64,000 nucleotides of DNA. Origin: an uncultured Planctomycetota bacterium (GTDB lineage: Bacteria > Planctomycetota > Planctomycetia > Isosphaerales > Isosphaeraceae). A program made the position numbers and the translations under genes. Positions 1 to 10,997 of this stretch are shown here, one piece after another. Under the pieces are notes generated by a model that saw only the letters and a program-made list of their open reading frames with translations, searched no databases and was not told the DNA's origin. The stretch lies in contig CAWGMQ010000005.1 of the NCBI GenBank assembly GCA_963823665.1, forward strand, positions 288,001 to 352,000, in the 5' to 3' direction. Within the stretch, counting starts at the first letter, position 1. The number at the start of each line of letters is the position of its first letter.

Positions 1-180
1 TCCTCGCGCAAGCTTCTGGACGAGCAGCGCGCCCAGTTCAAGGCGGACACGACCGCGGCCAAGAAGCTCCTCAATGTGGGTGACGCAAAGGTCGACGAAA
101 CGCTCGACGCCGCCGAGACGGCCGCATGGGCGTGCGTCGGCAGCGCGCTCTTGAATTTCGACGCCACGATCCACCGCTAG
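1..180 (+). CDS. C-terminal end of a PSD1/DUF1553 planctomycete domain protein (partial)
   Basis: Frame 1 reads ...AAETAAWACVGSALLNFDATIHR*, a typical DUF1553 C-terminus, directly upstream of a DUF1501 gene. Confidence 0.75.
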   Translation, partial: SSRKLLDEQRAQFKADTTAAKKLLNVGDAKVDETLDAAETAAWACVGSALLNFDATIHR

Positions 181-250
181 CAACGCGGCACCTCGGCCGC
201 GACATCAATCGGTCCACGAACGACGCTTCCAGGCTCCCGAGGTTCTTGAT

Positions 251-1718
251 ATGAAAGTCTTTCCCTCGAGTTTCCAACCAGTCAGCACAACCGATCTCGC
301 GCGACGCGCTTTCCTCGGCACGAGCGCCTTGAGCCTTGGCTCGATCGCGCTCTCGAGCCTGCTGGCTCGACGCAAGTGCCGGCGGGGTGCCTTCACTTGC
401 TCAAGGCGACAACACGCCGACCTACAAGCTCCCGAGCGCAACCGCGAAGCGAGTCATCATGATCTTTGCGGCCGGCGGCCTGTCGCAGCAGGACCTCTTC
501 GACGAGAAGCCGCTGCTCAACAAACGCCGCGGCGAGGAGCTCCCTGACTCGGTGCGCAGGGGCCAGCGCATCACGGGTGTCACCGAAAAGCAGGGCGCGC
601 TGCCGGTGGTCGGTTCGTGTTTCGACTTCAAAGCCTACGGCAAGAGCGGCCTCCGCTTGTCCGAGCTCTTCCGGGAGATGGGTGCGTTCGCCGACGACAT
701 CTGCCTGGTGCGTTCCATGCAGACCGACCACGTTCTGCATGAAGCCGCGATGTCGATTTTCTTCACCGGTTCGATGCAGCTCGGCCGTCCGTCGTGGGGC
801 TCGTGGGTGACGTACGCTCTCGGCACCGAAAACAAAGACCTGCCGGACTTCGTCGTGATGCTCTCGGGAAAGCGCGACGGCGGGTCGCCACCGCACCCGC
901 GCATGTGGCACAACGGTTATCTGCCGGGACGCTACCAGGGTTGCCCGTTCCGCAGCGGAAAAGAGCCGGTTTTCTTCGTCTCGAACCCCGACGGAGTCGA
1001 CACCAAGACCCGACGGCGGATCCTGGACGCCGTCAAGGCGCTCGACGAGCGCGAGGCCGCGACGACCGGCGATCCGGAAGTGACCGCGCGGATTCACGCG
1101 TACGAGATGGCGGCTCGCATGCAGACGAGCGTCCCGGAGCTGACAGACCTCTCGAAAGAGCCGGCCGACGTGCTCGAGCAGTACGGCGCTGAGCCGGGCA
1201 AGGAGAGCTTCGCCAACAACTGCCTACTGGCGCGGCGACTTGCCGAGCGCGGCGTCCGTTTCATTCAGCTCATGGATAGCGGCTGGGACCACCACTACAG
1301 TATCCCCGTCGTGCTCAAGAAGAAAATGGAGGACGCCGACAAGCCAATCGCTGCCCTCCTGGGCGACCTCAAGCAGAGCGGTCTGCTCGAAGACACGCTT
1401 GTGATCTTCTGCGGCGAATTCGGCCGCACAAGCTACTGCGAGGGCCCCATGTCGTTCGCGAGCTACGGCCGCGATCACCACCAGCTCTGCGGCGGGCTGC
1501 TCCTGGCCGGCGGCGGCTTCCGCGGCGGCTTCAGCTACGGCGAGACCGACGAGTGGGGATGGGACGTCGTGAAAGACCCCGTACACGTTCACGACCTTCA
1601 AGCAACCGTGCTTCATGCACTCGGCCTCGACCACCTCCGGCTCGTGACCCGCTATCAGGGCCGCGACTTTCGACTGACCGACGTGGCCGGAAACGTGCTC
1701 AAGCCGCTGCTATCCTGA
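251..1718 (+). CDS. DUF1501 domain protein (sulfatase-like) with Tat-type signal; frameshift near 370
   Basis: RRAFLG signal in ORF 251..547 joins ORF 336..1718, which has AKRVIMIFAAGGLSQQDLFD, WDHH, GEFGRT, GRDHH and VHVHDLQATVL motifs. Confidence 0.9.
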
Positions 1719-1773
1719 GCGGGCAATCGGCGGTACAGCTACAGATTCACTTTACTGGATACACGAGTCGTTC

Positions 1774-2739
1774 ATGATGACAACGCAATTCTCAATTTTG
1801 ATCGCTTGCACATTCCTCGGTGCTTGCGACGACACTCCAGACGGGCTCGTGCCGATCGAAAAGAGGGCGCAGGCCGCTATCCGTCTGGAAGGCTTTCCCG
1901 ATTGGCTGGAGATCGGCTTTGGCTCGCTCTGGGTTTCCAACGCGGGCCTTGGCGCCGTTCAGCGCATCGACCCAGGCACGAACAAGGTCATCGCCGAGAT
2001 CAAGGTGAAGAATCCCTGCGCCGCATGGCCGCCGGCTACGGTTCGATTGTGGGTCGCCAGCCGCAGAGACAAGTCGATTTACCGGATCGACGCACAGAGC
2101 AACAAGGTGACTGCCACGATCCCACTCACGATCGCAGATTCGGAAGCCAGCATCGCGGCCGGACGAGAGCGCGATCTGGGTTCTCTCGGATCAGAAAGGC
2201 GTTCTCTCGCGTATCAACCCCGAGACGAATGAAGTGGTCGCCCGCATCGACGTGAAGCCTTATTCCTACGCCGCAGCCACTGGATTTGAGGCGATCTGGG
2301 TCACGAATACGGGTCGACCGCGCTCGACGGAGAGCGGCTCTGTCCAGCGGATTGACCCCAAGAAAAACACGGTCGTCGCGACGATCACCGTCCGCGGTCA
2401 ACCACGCTTTCTCGCTGTCGGCGAGGGGGCCGTGTGGGTCCTGAACCAGGCGGACGGCACGGTCTCAAGGATCGACCCGAAGACGAACGAGGTGGTGGCA
2501 ACGATTGACGTCGGCGCACCCGGCCCGGGAGGTGACATCGCCGCAGGTGAAGGTGCGGTGTGGGTACGAGCGACCAGGGTTCTCTTATCAGTCATTGATC
2601 CCAAGACGAACAAGGTGGTCGCACGATTCGGACCTCCGCGCGGCAGCGGTGCTGTAAGAGCCGGGGATGGCAAGGTGTGGGTCTCGCGCATGACGTCAAC
2701 ATGGTGTGGTGTCTGAATCCGGTCGACGTCGCGCGCTAG
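1774..2739 (+). CDS. Secreted YVTN/Vgb-like beta-propeller repeat protein (frameshifted)
   Basis: Lipoprotein-like N-terminus (LGAC) and repeated V(Q/S)RIDPxTNxVVAxI blades across ORFs 1774..2232 and 2234..2716; the likely true stop is TAG at 2737-2739. Confidence 0.75.
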
Positions 2740-3832
2740 CGCTTTCGCGCCTGCGCATCCAAACGGCCAGAGACGCGATCGCCACGAGAGCGCTACACCC
2801 ATAAACGATCCACGATGTCGGAACTGTACTTTTCACCGGTGACACGACGATAGCGTCTGCCGTCTCGGTGCGCAGCTCGGCGATCGTTTCGTGCATATCA
2901 CCCTCGTCCGAGCTGAAACGGATCACTTGCCGCGCGAACTCGTCCTCGAGTTTCCGCAGTCCTTCCGAAGCCGGCGGACGTGCCGCACAGGAAGTGGAGA
3001 ACACGTCCGGGCCGGGATACTTGTTGAATTCCATCGTCGGACGAACAACTCGGAACTTCCTGATCGATGTCGGTCCATTTGTCAGGATCGGCCTCTCGTT
3101 CTCTACCGCCATCAATCCCACCGACTCTCCGGAGACAGGCATCCAGACCTGGACTCCGTCCACGCTGAACGATTCGAGCTTGATGTTAAACCATAAGGAC
3201 AGAGTTTTTCCCTTCGTATAATGCTGAATGCGCACGACATGCCCGTTTCGCTTCAAGTCGATGAAGTATTCGCGCGTCAGAGATTCGCGAATACCCTTGA
3301 GCGCGATGCTCAACACCTTGAGTGGCGTTCCGTCGAGCTGCCCGTCGGAAACAGATAGCTCGTAGTTGGCGTCGGCCGCGATCGCTTTGATCGAGTTGAG
3401 CGAGAAGATCTCACCCAGCCCTTCACGCGCGGCGTGCGACTCGGTCGGGGTGCTGATGTTTGGAACCTCGCGCGGGTGCCCGAGAGTCATCCTGTAATAC
3501 GCCTGCTTGTCGTGCGCCCGCATGATCAGCGTCTGCCGCGAAATCTGGCCGTTGACCGCAAGCCGGTGCAAGCACTCGCAGCGGATGTCTCCGCCCCGTT
3601 GCCAGATGTAAGTGCCGCTGAACGTCTCGTACGTCCCGTCCGCGTCCACCGGGGATGTGTCGGCATTCTTTCCTTTGAATTTTACGGTCCCCTCGAATTC
3701 GCACTGAAAGTCGTTCACCGGCTGTTGCAGAGCGTCGATCTTGTCGATCAGCGAGCGCGCATCGTCGGCGCGCGCCTCATCACGACTACATGGCATCGCG
3801 AGAACGATGGCGAGTGTGAGGATTGGAGTCAT
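2696..3832 (-). CDS. Exported hypothetical protein with C-terminal membrane anchor
   Basis: Signal peptide from MTPILTLAIVLAM (3832) and C-terminal TM WIVYGCSALVAIASLAVWMRRR. Confidence 0.65.
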   Translation of the reverse strand: MTPILTLAIVLAMPCSRDEARADDARSLIDKIDALQQPVNDFQCEFEGTVKFKGKNADTSPVDADGTYETFSGTYIWQRGGDIRCECLHRLAVNGQISRQTLIMRAHDKQAYYRMTLGHPREVPNISTPTESHAAREGLGEIFSLNSIKAIAADANYELSVSDGQLDGTPLKVLSIALKGIRESLTREYFIDLKRNGHVVRIQHYTKGKTLSLWFNIKLESFSVDGVQVWMPVSGESVGLMAVENERPILTNGPTSIRKFRVVRPTMEFNKYPGPDVFSTSCAARPPASEGLRKLEDEFARQVIRFSSDEGDMHETIAELRTETADAIVVSPVKSTVPTSWIVYGCSALVAIASLAVWMRRRESASARRRPDSDTTPC

Positions 3833-3854
3833 GCGAAATGTACCTGCACGCGAG

Positions 3855-6800
3855 TCATGGCTTATGAAGCGCATTGGCAACGGCTGCTTCGATCGCCTCG
3901 CCTTGAATGTCCTTGGCAAGCAATTTGCCGTCGGGTCCAATCAAGAAGATCGCAGGAATTGCCTCGACGTGATAAAGGCCGGGTACACCTCCGTCGCTCC
4001 ATTCACCGAGGAAGCCCTGGTTCCACGCGATGGCTCGCTCCGCGACAAGTTTTCGCGGGGCCTCCTTGGCGGCGTCGAGACTCAGGCTAAGAATTGCCAA
4101 TCGCTCGTCCTTGCCGAATCGGTCATGAACGGCCTTCAAGCTCGGAATCTCAGCAACACACGGGCCACACCACGTCGCCCAGAAATCGAGAAGGAGATAC
4201 TTCCCGCGGAAATCCTCGAGCTTGACACGTTTGCCATCAAGCGTCTCGGCCTCGAACGCCGGCGCGGCCTCGCCGATCGCTAGCGATTGCTTGCGCTGGG
4301 GCCGAAGCACACCGAGGTCAAAAGGCTTGTCGGTTCGGGCGCTGGGAACATCGGGTATGGTGAACTGCTTCGTTGCATAAGCGACTCGCTCGCTCGCGAC
4401 CCCCGGGCCATGGACCGGATCGGCCGCGTAGCGCAGCTTCAAGCGATAATCGCCCGGCGGCACATCGTCCACGCGAATCGTGCCGTCCGGTTCAAGCTTC
4501 ACCTGGCCCAGCCGGTACCATTGTCGTCGGTACTCATGCCCCTGGGCGGAGCTCCACCAGCTCTTGGCCCAGGTAATCACTGACCCATCATGTTTCGCCA
4601 CGAGCTCCTGCGGATAGGGAATGCCCGGCCGGTCGCTTTCGATTTCGTACTCCGAGTGGAGGACGGCGTTCGCGCTCGATTCGAATCCGCGTGGCGGAGC
4701 GATCTTCGCGACCACGGTCCGTCCGCGTGGGCCGACCACGGCGCGGGCGGTTTCCCCCGCGCGGACTTCAACGAGCGAACCATTGGACCACGCCTTGAGA
4801 TTGGGGCCATCGCCGAAATCGCGGGTCACCCTCACATCGCCTGGAATCACTCGCTCGAACACGAACCTCCCGTGGTCATCGGCCTTGGCCTTGCCCGATG
4901 CCGACACATGCGGCACGTCAAGATTGCCCATCCGATCAGAGAAATAACGGACCGCAGCCCCGGCCGCGGGCCTCCCATGGATCAGGAGCTCGCCTTCGAT
5001 TCTGCCCCATTGCTTCGCCGTGATCGTCGGGCTCTTTTCGATGTATGAACAAGGCACTTCGGCATAATACTCGGGATGCACGACTATCAGCGCGAATATT
5101 TTCCTTCGGGTTCGGGCGCGCACACCACCGAGAATCGACCGTCTCGATCCGTGTCGACGGTCTCGATGTGTGTGCCGCGCTTGAGCTCGCCGTTCTCCAT
5201 TTGCGCTGTGAGCAAGCGCGTCGGAGAGCTGTTCAGTGGATACGCGATCGTGACCGCCGCACCTGCGAGCGGTTTTCCGTCCGGGCGAAGCACGCGTCCG
5301 GAAAGGACGAGACCGCTACCTTGATCCGGCTTCTTCAGCTTCATGTCATACTCAACTTGACTCTCATCACGGCGAAAGGCCCGCGATACCGCCGGTTCGA
5401 AACCCGGCGCTGTGACGCGCAGTCGAAGCTCCGGCCGATTCTCGACGTCGATGTCGCCCTGCAATCGCCCCTGAAACGAGAACACACTGCGATCTTGCGC
5501 CCACACGATTTCACCCGTCTTGGGATCGGCGACACCGATCTCGACGTTTGCTCGATCGATCGGCTTCCCCGTGGCCGCGTCCGTCACCCGCCCCGAGATC
5601 GCCAGCGAGCGCTTGAGGATCAGGGTGATCGCTTGCTCTTCGGCGGATACGATTCGCTGAGTAATCGGCGCGAACCCCGTCCGGCTGGCATTGACCAGGA
5701 ACTTTTCGCGCGGGGCGTCGAGCCACAGGAAGCGGCCCTCCGCGTCGGACTTGAAAAACACGCCGAGAGACCGAAAACCGCGCCATGAGTCGACATTCAC
5801 GAACACGTCGGGAATCGGCTTGTCGTCCGAGTCAACGACACGCCCCGCCAGTGACCGCGGCGGCCCGAGCTTCACCGTCAAGTGGCCCGCGATGTCGATC
5901 TCATCGAGCGGCTTGAGCTCCGGTGCATGCCCTTTCGCTTTGACCTGAACGACGAGTTTTCCCGGCCGCACGTGCAGAAAGCGGAACATGCCGCGCACGT
6001 CTGTTTTCGTCACCGGCATCGCGCCGTGAAACGCGGTTTGCTGCTGGTGTGCTTCGATCCAGCCAACCTCTGCATCTGCGACCGGTTTGTCCTTTTCGTC
6101 TGTCACTTTACCCGCGAGCGACACCCCCGTCGTCATCACCTGCACGTCCGAGAAATCGCGCAAGCCGGCAAGCGGCTGGTTATCCCCTGCTGGCGGAGTA
6201 CCCGGCCGAGGACTCCCATGCTCGCGGGGATGGGAACGGCCGTCGCTGAGACGGTCGGGATGCGACAGGTAGAGATACGCGAATGTGAGCCCGCGGAAAC
6301 ATCGGCAGCGCCACTGGCCCTTGTCGTCTGTCCTGGCGTCCACATGGTAGGCCATCTCGTGCGGTTCCTTCTTCTCACCCAGATAACCCCAGATCTGCAC
6401 GTCCACGCCGGCGATCGGCCGGCCGCGCTCGTCAACGACCTTGCCGCCGAGCGTCTCCTCGCCTGGTAGCAGCTCGACGACGAATCGCGGCGGGACCTTC
6501 GGTTGTCGCGCGTCGATCTGCGAGAAGAAATAACGCTGCTGGACGTAACCATCGGCCCAGACGTCGAAGCTGAGCGAATCCTGAAACAACCGCTTGGTAA
6601 GGTCGAACTGGACGACGCCATCCCCGTCCGCCTTGCGGTTGACGTTCTCGAGATCGATCGAGAATCGCACGCTTGCGCCCGGCAGAGGCTTTCCCGTGTC
6701 CTTCGCCTGCACGACGATCTCAATCCCCGGCGGCTGCGCGGGGGTTTTCCCGGCCTTTGGCGCAGTAGCCTGGTCTTGCTCTGCCGACAGGCTTCTGCGC

Positions 6801-7912
6801 TCGACGACAATCGCGCCGAGGACCCCGGCAAAAGCGAGTACGACCAGGCCCGCGCCGAATCGCAGAGGCGCGCTCAGAAGACATCGCGACCTTCCTTTGC
6901 TGACCTCGATCCAGGCGAGGCGTCGTGACAGATTCGTCTCACGCGCAAGCGCCAGACCGAGGCTAAGCTCCGGCCGCCGCACGAGCCCCGAGGCGACCTC
7001 CAGAAGTGAGTCTCGATAAGCGGCCCCACTGCCAATCGCTTGAACGCAGACGTCATCACAGGCTTGCTCACGTACGGTTCCAATGATGCGCCCGACCGGC
7101 CAGAAGAGCGGATGCGGCCAGTAGACGATCCTCACGAGCTTGTGCACGAGGTTCCACGCGAAGTCACCGCGGCGGACGTGGGCAAGCTCATGCAGCAGCA
7201 CCATGTCGATCAGCTTCGCGCTCGCCGACTGTGCCAGCTTTCCCGGTATCACAATCAGCGGTGAAAGCCAGCCGATCACCATTGGAATGGAGATTCCGGG
7301 CGACTTCCCGATCACAACCGATCGTGAGATCCCGAGCATCGCTTGCGTGCGCGCGAGCGACCCCGTCCACGCCGTATCATGCACTGCCTCGCATCTATTT
7401 TTCAAACGGCGCAGCGCGATCACCGAGGCCGCCAGCCTGATCGCGAGGAGCGCAGCGACCGCCAGGTAGATCGCTGCACCAAGCTCCGCGACTCCGATTG
7501 CCCTTCCCGACCCCGGCTCGGTCAACGGTAGAACTGCAGCGGGAGCCGATTCGATCGGTTTGACCTCGGCCGTCGCCTCCGGCGCAACCTGCACCATCGT
7601 GTCGGCGGGCTCAGAGTGATCCGGCAACGGGAGGATCTCTCGTCGATCAATCATGGCGCTCTGCACCGGCACGCGCGGGGGTAGGACTGCAACGGAAACA
7701 CGGGGCAGCGAGAGGCCGGCGACGGGCAGAAAGACGAGCGCGACGAGCGTTGCGTTCCACAATGCCGATCGAGCTAGCGCGCGCCTGCGCCCGAAGAGCG
7801 CGTGGACCACATAGCCCAGCAACAGGACAATCGTCGCCTTGAGCAACAAATCCAACGCGATCAAATGCCCTGCTTCTGCTTCCGGAAAAGCCGAGCCAAT
7901 CAACTCGTTCAT
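3855..7912 (-). CDS. BlaR1/peptidase M56 protein with carboxypeptidase-regulatory-like repeats and C-terminal TlpA/thioredoxin domain; frameshift near 5100
   Basis: VLLHELAHVRRGD and REQACDD M56 motifs, repeated GxVxDxxGxPIAGAxV units, and LDFWATWCGPC in downstream ORF 3855..5123. Confidence 0.9.
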
Positions 7913-8340
7913 GACCGCCCTCCCTTCCTCTTGCTTTTTTCTTCGCCAGCTCTGCCGCCGCGCTTGCGCTCGCTCGCCTCCTGCGTTCCGCGGCGCAGCT
8001 CATCAAGCTGCTCGGACGTGATCCGCTCATCCTCGATTAACCGCAAAACCAGGTCCTCGGCTGATCCGCCGAAGAACCGCGCCAGCACGCTGCGCAGCAC
8101 CCGGTGCTGTGCCTTTCGCCGCTCGATGAGCGCCCGATAGACATAGACCTTGCCTCGCGCCTCATGGTGCAAGTAGCCCTTTGACTCGAGAACGCGCAAG
8201 AGCGTCCGCACCGTCGAATCGTGCAGCGGCGCAGACAGCGCCTCGCGCACCTGCTCGGCGGTCGCTTCACCGAGCCGCCAGACGGCATCCATCACCTGGG
8301 CTTCCCGCCCCGTCATCGTCTCCGACGGTGTTCGCGCCAT
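7909..8340 (-). CDS. BlaI/MecI/CopY family transcriptional repressor
   Basis: REAQVMDAVW...STVRTLLRVLESKGYL...FFGGS; ATGA overlap with the M56 gene. Confidence 0.92.
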   Translation of the reverse strand: MARTPSETMTGREAQVMDAVWRLGEATAEQVREALSAPLHDSTVRTLLRVLESKGYLHHEARGKVYVYRALIERRKAQHRVLRSVLARFFGGSAEDLVLRLIEDERITSEQLDELRRGTQEASERKRGGRAGEEKSKRKGGRS

Positions 8341-8446
8341 GCTACGGCTCTCCCGTTATTTATCTAACAGATAGGGGCATCGTAGCACGCTGCTGGCCGC
8401 ATGGCAAGCGGGTACCTGTGAGATAATTAACGAGACACGCCAGATC

Positions 8447-8477
8447 GTCGCCTTTCGCTCCGCGAAAGTGCGTCACG
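8447..8477. repeat. REP-like palindrome, family A (GTCGCCTTTCGCTCCGCGAAAGTGCGTCACG)
   Basis: Identical reverse-complement copy at 60148-60178, a variant at 53673-53694, and a copy split by IS1182 at 54350/56029. Confidence 0.75.
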
Positions 8478-8509
8478 ATTCCCGCTCGCGCCGCCCTGTT
8501 CCACAAGCC

Positions 8510-10513
8510 TCATCGCTCGCGGCGAGCGTTGGCCAATCTCACCGTCTCGTCCATCCTCGCGGTCACCTGGAACGGCAACTTCTCCAGATGCTCGGTGAGG
8601 ATGCGCCTGATCTCGTTGGTGACCTCCGGCGATTCCTGCGACGAATGATCGCCGGTGACGATCTTCTCCGATTCGGCGCCTTCCAGGTGCGAGCTCACGT
8701 AGTCGACCACGCCGTCGGAATCGGCCTTTCGACCCAGAAGCGGGATGATCGAGTGATAGGGAACCGATGGGTCGATTGGAATCCGGTCCAGAGCAGCCAG
8801 GATCGGGCTGTCTGTCCTCAAACTGCTGATCGAGTTGAGCGGAGTCGTTCTGAGCTCGCGCGTGAGCACATTCGGGCCGTTCAAGGCCTCGATCTCCTTG
8901 ATCCGCTCGGCCTGCTCCATTGGCTTGTGCATCAGGCCACTCACGATCCATCCGACCGGTCCGTTCGCGATCGGGCTGCCGCGATGCGGCGTGGCGATGA
9001 AGACCAGCCTGCTCACGAACGGAACCGGCTCGAACACCAGCATCTCTTCGAGCGACTCTCGCAGCTCTCTTGGAGCACGAAAACGCTCCGGAGGAACGGT
9101 GATCGCCGCGTTCCAGAGCGTGGTTCGAGTTTCCTGAGCCATCATCTTTGACAGAACACCGCCCATGCTGTGCCCGACCAGCACCGCGTGGTCGAGCGCA
9201 GGATCGCTGTGAGCCGGGTCGACCACGTTGCGCACCCGCAAGAGCGACTCGCGCAGCCGCCGTGCCGAGGAAGGGATCGGCAGTCCCGTCGGATAGAGAA
9301 ACACCCAGAATTGATAACGCGAGTCGATCAGCGGCGTGTTCTCCAGCTCGTTGATCGTCTTCACCCACGCCCGCGGGCTCGAGACCAGCCCATGCACGAA
9401 GATCACGGGGATCTTTCCGGGCTCGTATGGCCTGCTCATGTAAAGGGCGGTGTCCAGGCCTTGCTGGTTGAAACGCGAGTCGAACAGACCGGTCCATTCC
9501 AGCACGGCGAGGCGCCGGCCGGCCAGGAGCGCCGCCAGCGGCGTCGTGCGGTCGCATGCCAGGTCGATCAATCGCTCGCCGATCGTTTCAGATTTATGTT
9601 CGAACGAGTCGATCAAGGTGAGCGTCGCTGGGCCTTCGTGCCACTGGCCTCCGAAGAGTCCACCGCTGGGCTTCATCACGGCGGTCGCCCCGGTGCGCAG
9701 GTCGCGGGGCAGGAATTCGTCCTCCACATCCTGCACGTCGGGCGTCTTCGGGTCGAGCGGGACCACGCGGTGTGCCACCAGCGGCACGCCCAGCCCCGTC
9801 CTCTGGTAGATGTGATCCATCCCCTTCACTTGCAGATCGGCCACAACCCGGAGATCGGCGATGTGGCGCGGATTCAAGAAAGACGCGGTCGCGGATAGCG
9901 CGATCCCCTGCCCTTCCAGCACGTCGCGCCAGTTTCGTCCGGACCGCCGCCCCTCGGCCTGCGAGGCCCGGATGAGCCGCGACACGGCCCCGTTGTGGAT
10001 CTTGATCGCCAGATCCGGCCGCGAGCCCCCCGGCTCTTCGAGAGCCAGCGACGCCAGGATCGCCGCATCGCGATACCAGGCCGCCTTCGATCTGGCCGCA
10101 CGCGAACGCTCGAGCAGCCCCGCTTGATAAGCAAGCTCGGCGAGTGCCAGCGCCCCATCATGAACGGCCTCGACCGCGAGCTTCTTTTCCAGCATTCTCG
10201 CTGCGCCGGCCGGATTGCCGGCAGCGGTCTTCACCAGATCGTAACGCTGCAACACCGCGCCGCTTGCGCCGCTGAGTTGATTCGTCGCCTGCTGGCGTTC
10301 CATCCGATCCACGATCGCGTTGCGCAGCACCGGCTCGCGAACACGCAGGCCTCCGCAGCCGCAGGGAGCAAGCAAGAGAAGCACGACGGCCAGGTGCGGA
10401 ATCAATCGCGCCAAAAAGCCGATCCTCCGTGCCGTCGCGGGCGCGCGAATCCCTTCGCCCAAAGTGGTGGGGCATGACCCGATCCGTCGCAGAACAGTCC
10501 GCCAATCCGACAT
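8510..10513 (-). CDS. Alpha/beta-hydrolase (lipase/esterase) lipoprotein
   Basis: PVIFVHGL, GHSMGG nucleophile elbow, FIATPHRGS, SDGVV and a C-terminal His. Confidence 0.85.
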   Translation of the reverse strand: MSDWRTVLRRIGSCPTTLGEGIRAPATARRIGFLARLIPHLAVVLLLLAPCGCGGLRVREPVLRNAIVDRMERQQATNQLSGASGAVLQRYDLVKTAAGNPAGAARMLEKKLAVEAVHDGALALAELAYQAGLLERSRAARSKAAWYRDAAILASLALEEPGGSRPDLAIKIHNGAVSRLIRASQAEGRRSGRNWRDVLEGQGIALSATASFLNPRHIADLRVVADLQVKGMDHIYQRTGLGVPLVAHRVVPLDPKTPDVQDVEDEFLPRDLRTGATAVMKPSGGLFGGQWHEGPATLTLIDSFEHKSETIGERLIDLACDRTTPLAALLAGRRLAVLEWTGLFDSRFNQQGLDTALYMSRPYEPGKIPVIFVHGLVSSPRAWVKTINELENTPLIDSRYQFWVFLYPTGLPIPSSARRLRESLLRVRNVVDPAHSDPALDHAVLVGHSMGGVLSKMMAQETRTTLWNAAITVPPERFRAPRELRESLEEMLVFEPVPFVSRLVFIATPHRGSPIANGPVGWIVSGLMHKPMEQAERIKEIEALNGPNVLTRELRTTPLNSISSLRTDSPILAALDRIPIDPSVPYHSIIPLLGRKADSDGVVDYVSSHLEGAESEKIVTGDHSSQESPEVTNEIRRILTEHLEKLPFQVTARMDETVRLANARRER

Positions 10514-10997
10514 GCCGGCAGCGCAGACCGAACCCTCGCTCCGCCGGAATCGGACGCAGCCTACCAGGTCCGTCGATTCTTGAGAAGGCGAGCCGGCGGA
10601 ATTGAGAATGCGCCGCGCAGGATCTCGAACGGTTCACGAATCACGAGCCAGTGATCGCCGGACCGCCGACGGCGCCGCGTCGGCGGCGAAAGTCGAAATG
10701 CGGAAAGCGGACTGAAGGCGCGCAACGCCGAGCGGCACTCGACTTCATCCGCGTCCACCGAGCCCGAATTACCTTCCTTGTCGGTGCCCACCGCATAGAC
10801 TAACCCGACGCGTCAGCGAGCGGCGCTGTTCCTTTTTCAGTGTACATCCGTGTCGAGCCGTGGTTGAGCTCTTCTCGATTTAGATTACGCCCAAGTTGCT
10901 CCATCGGCCGGCACCGCGGATATTATTCTCGGCATCCGTGAGACTCCGCGGCCCTGGTTTGCGCCAATCCAGGAAATCCATCCTGGAGGTTCTGAGC

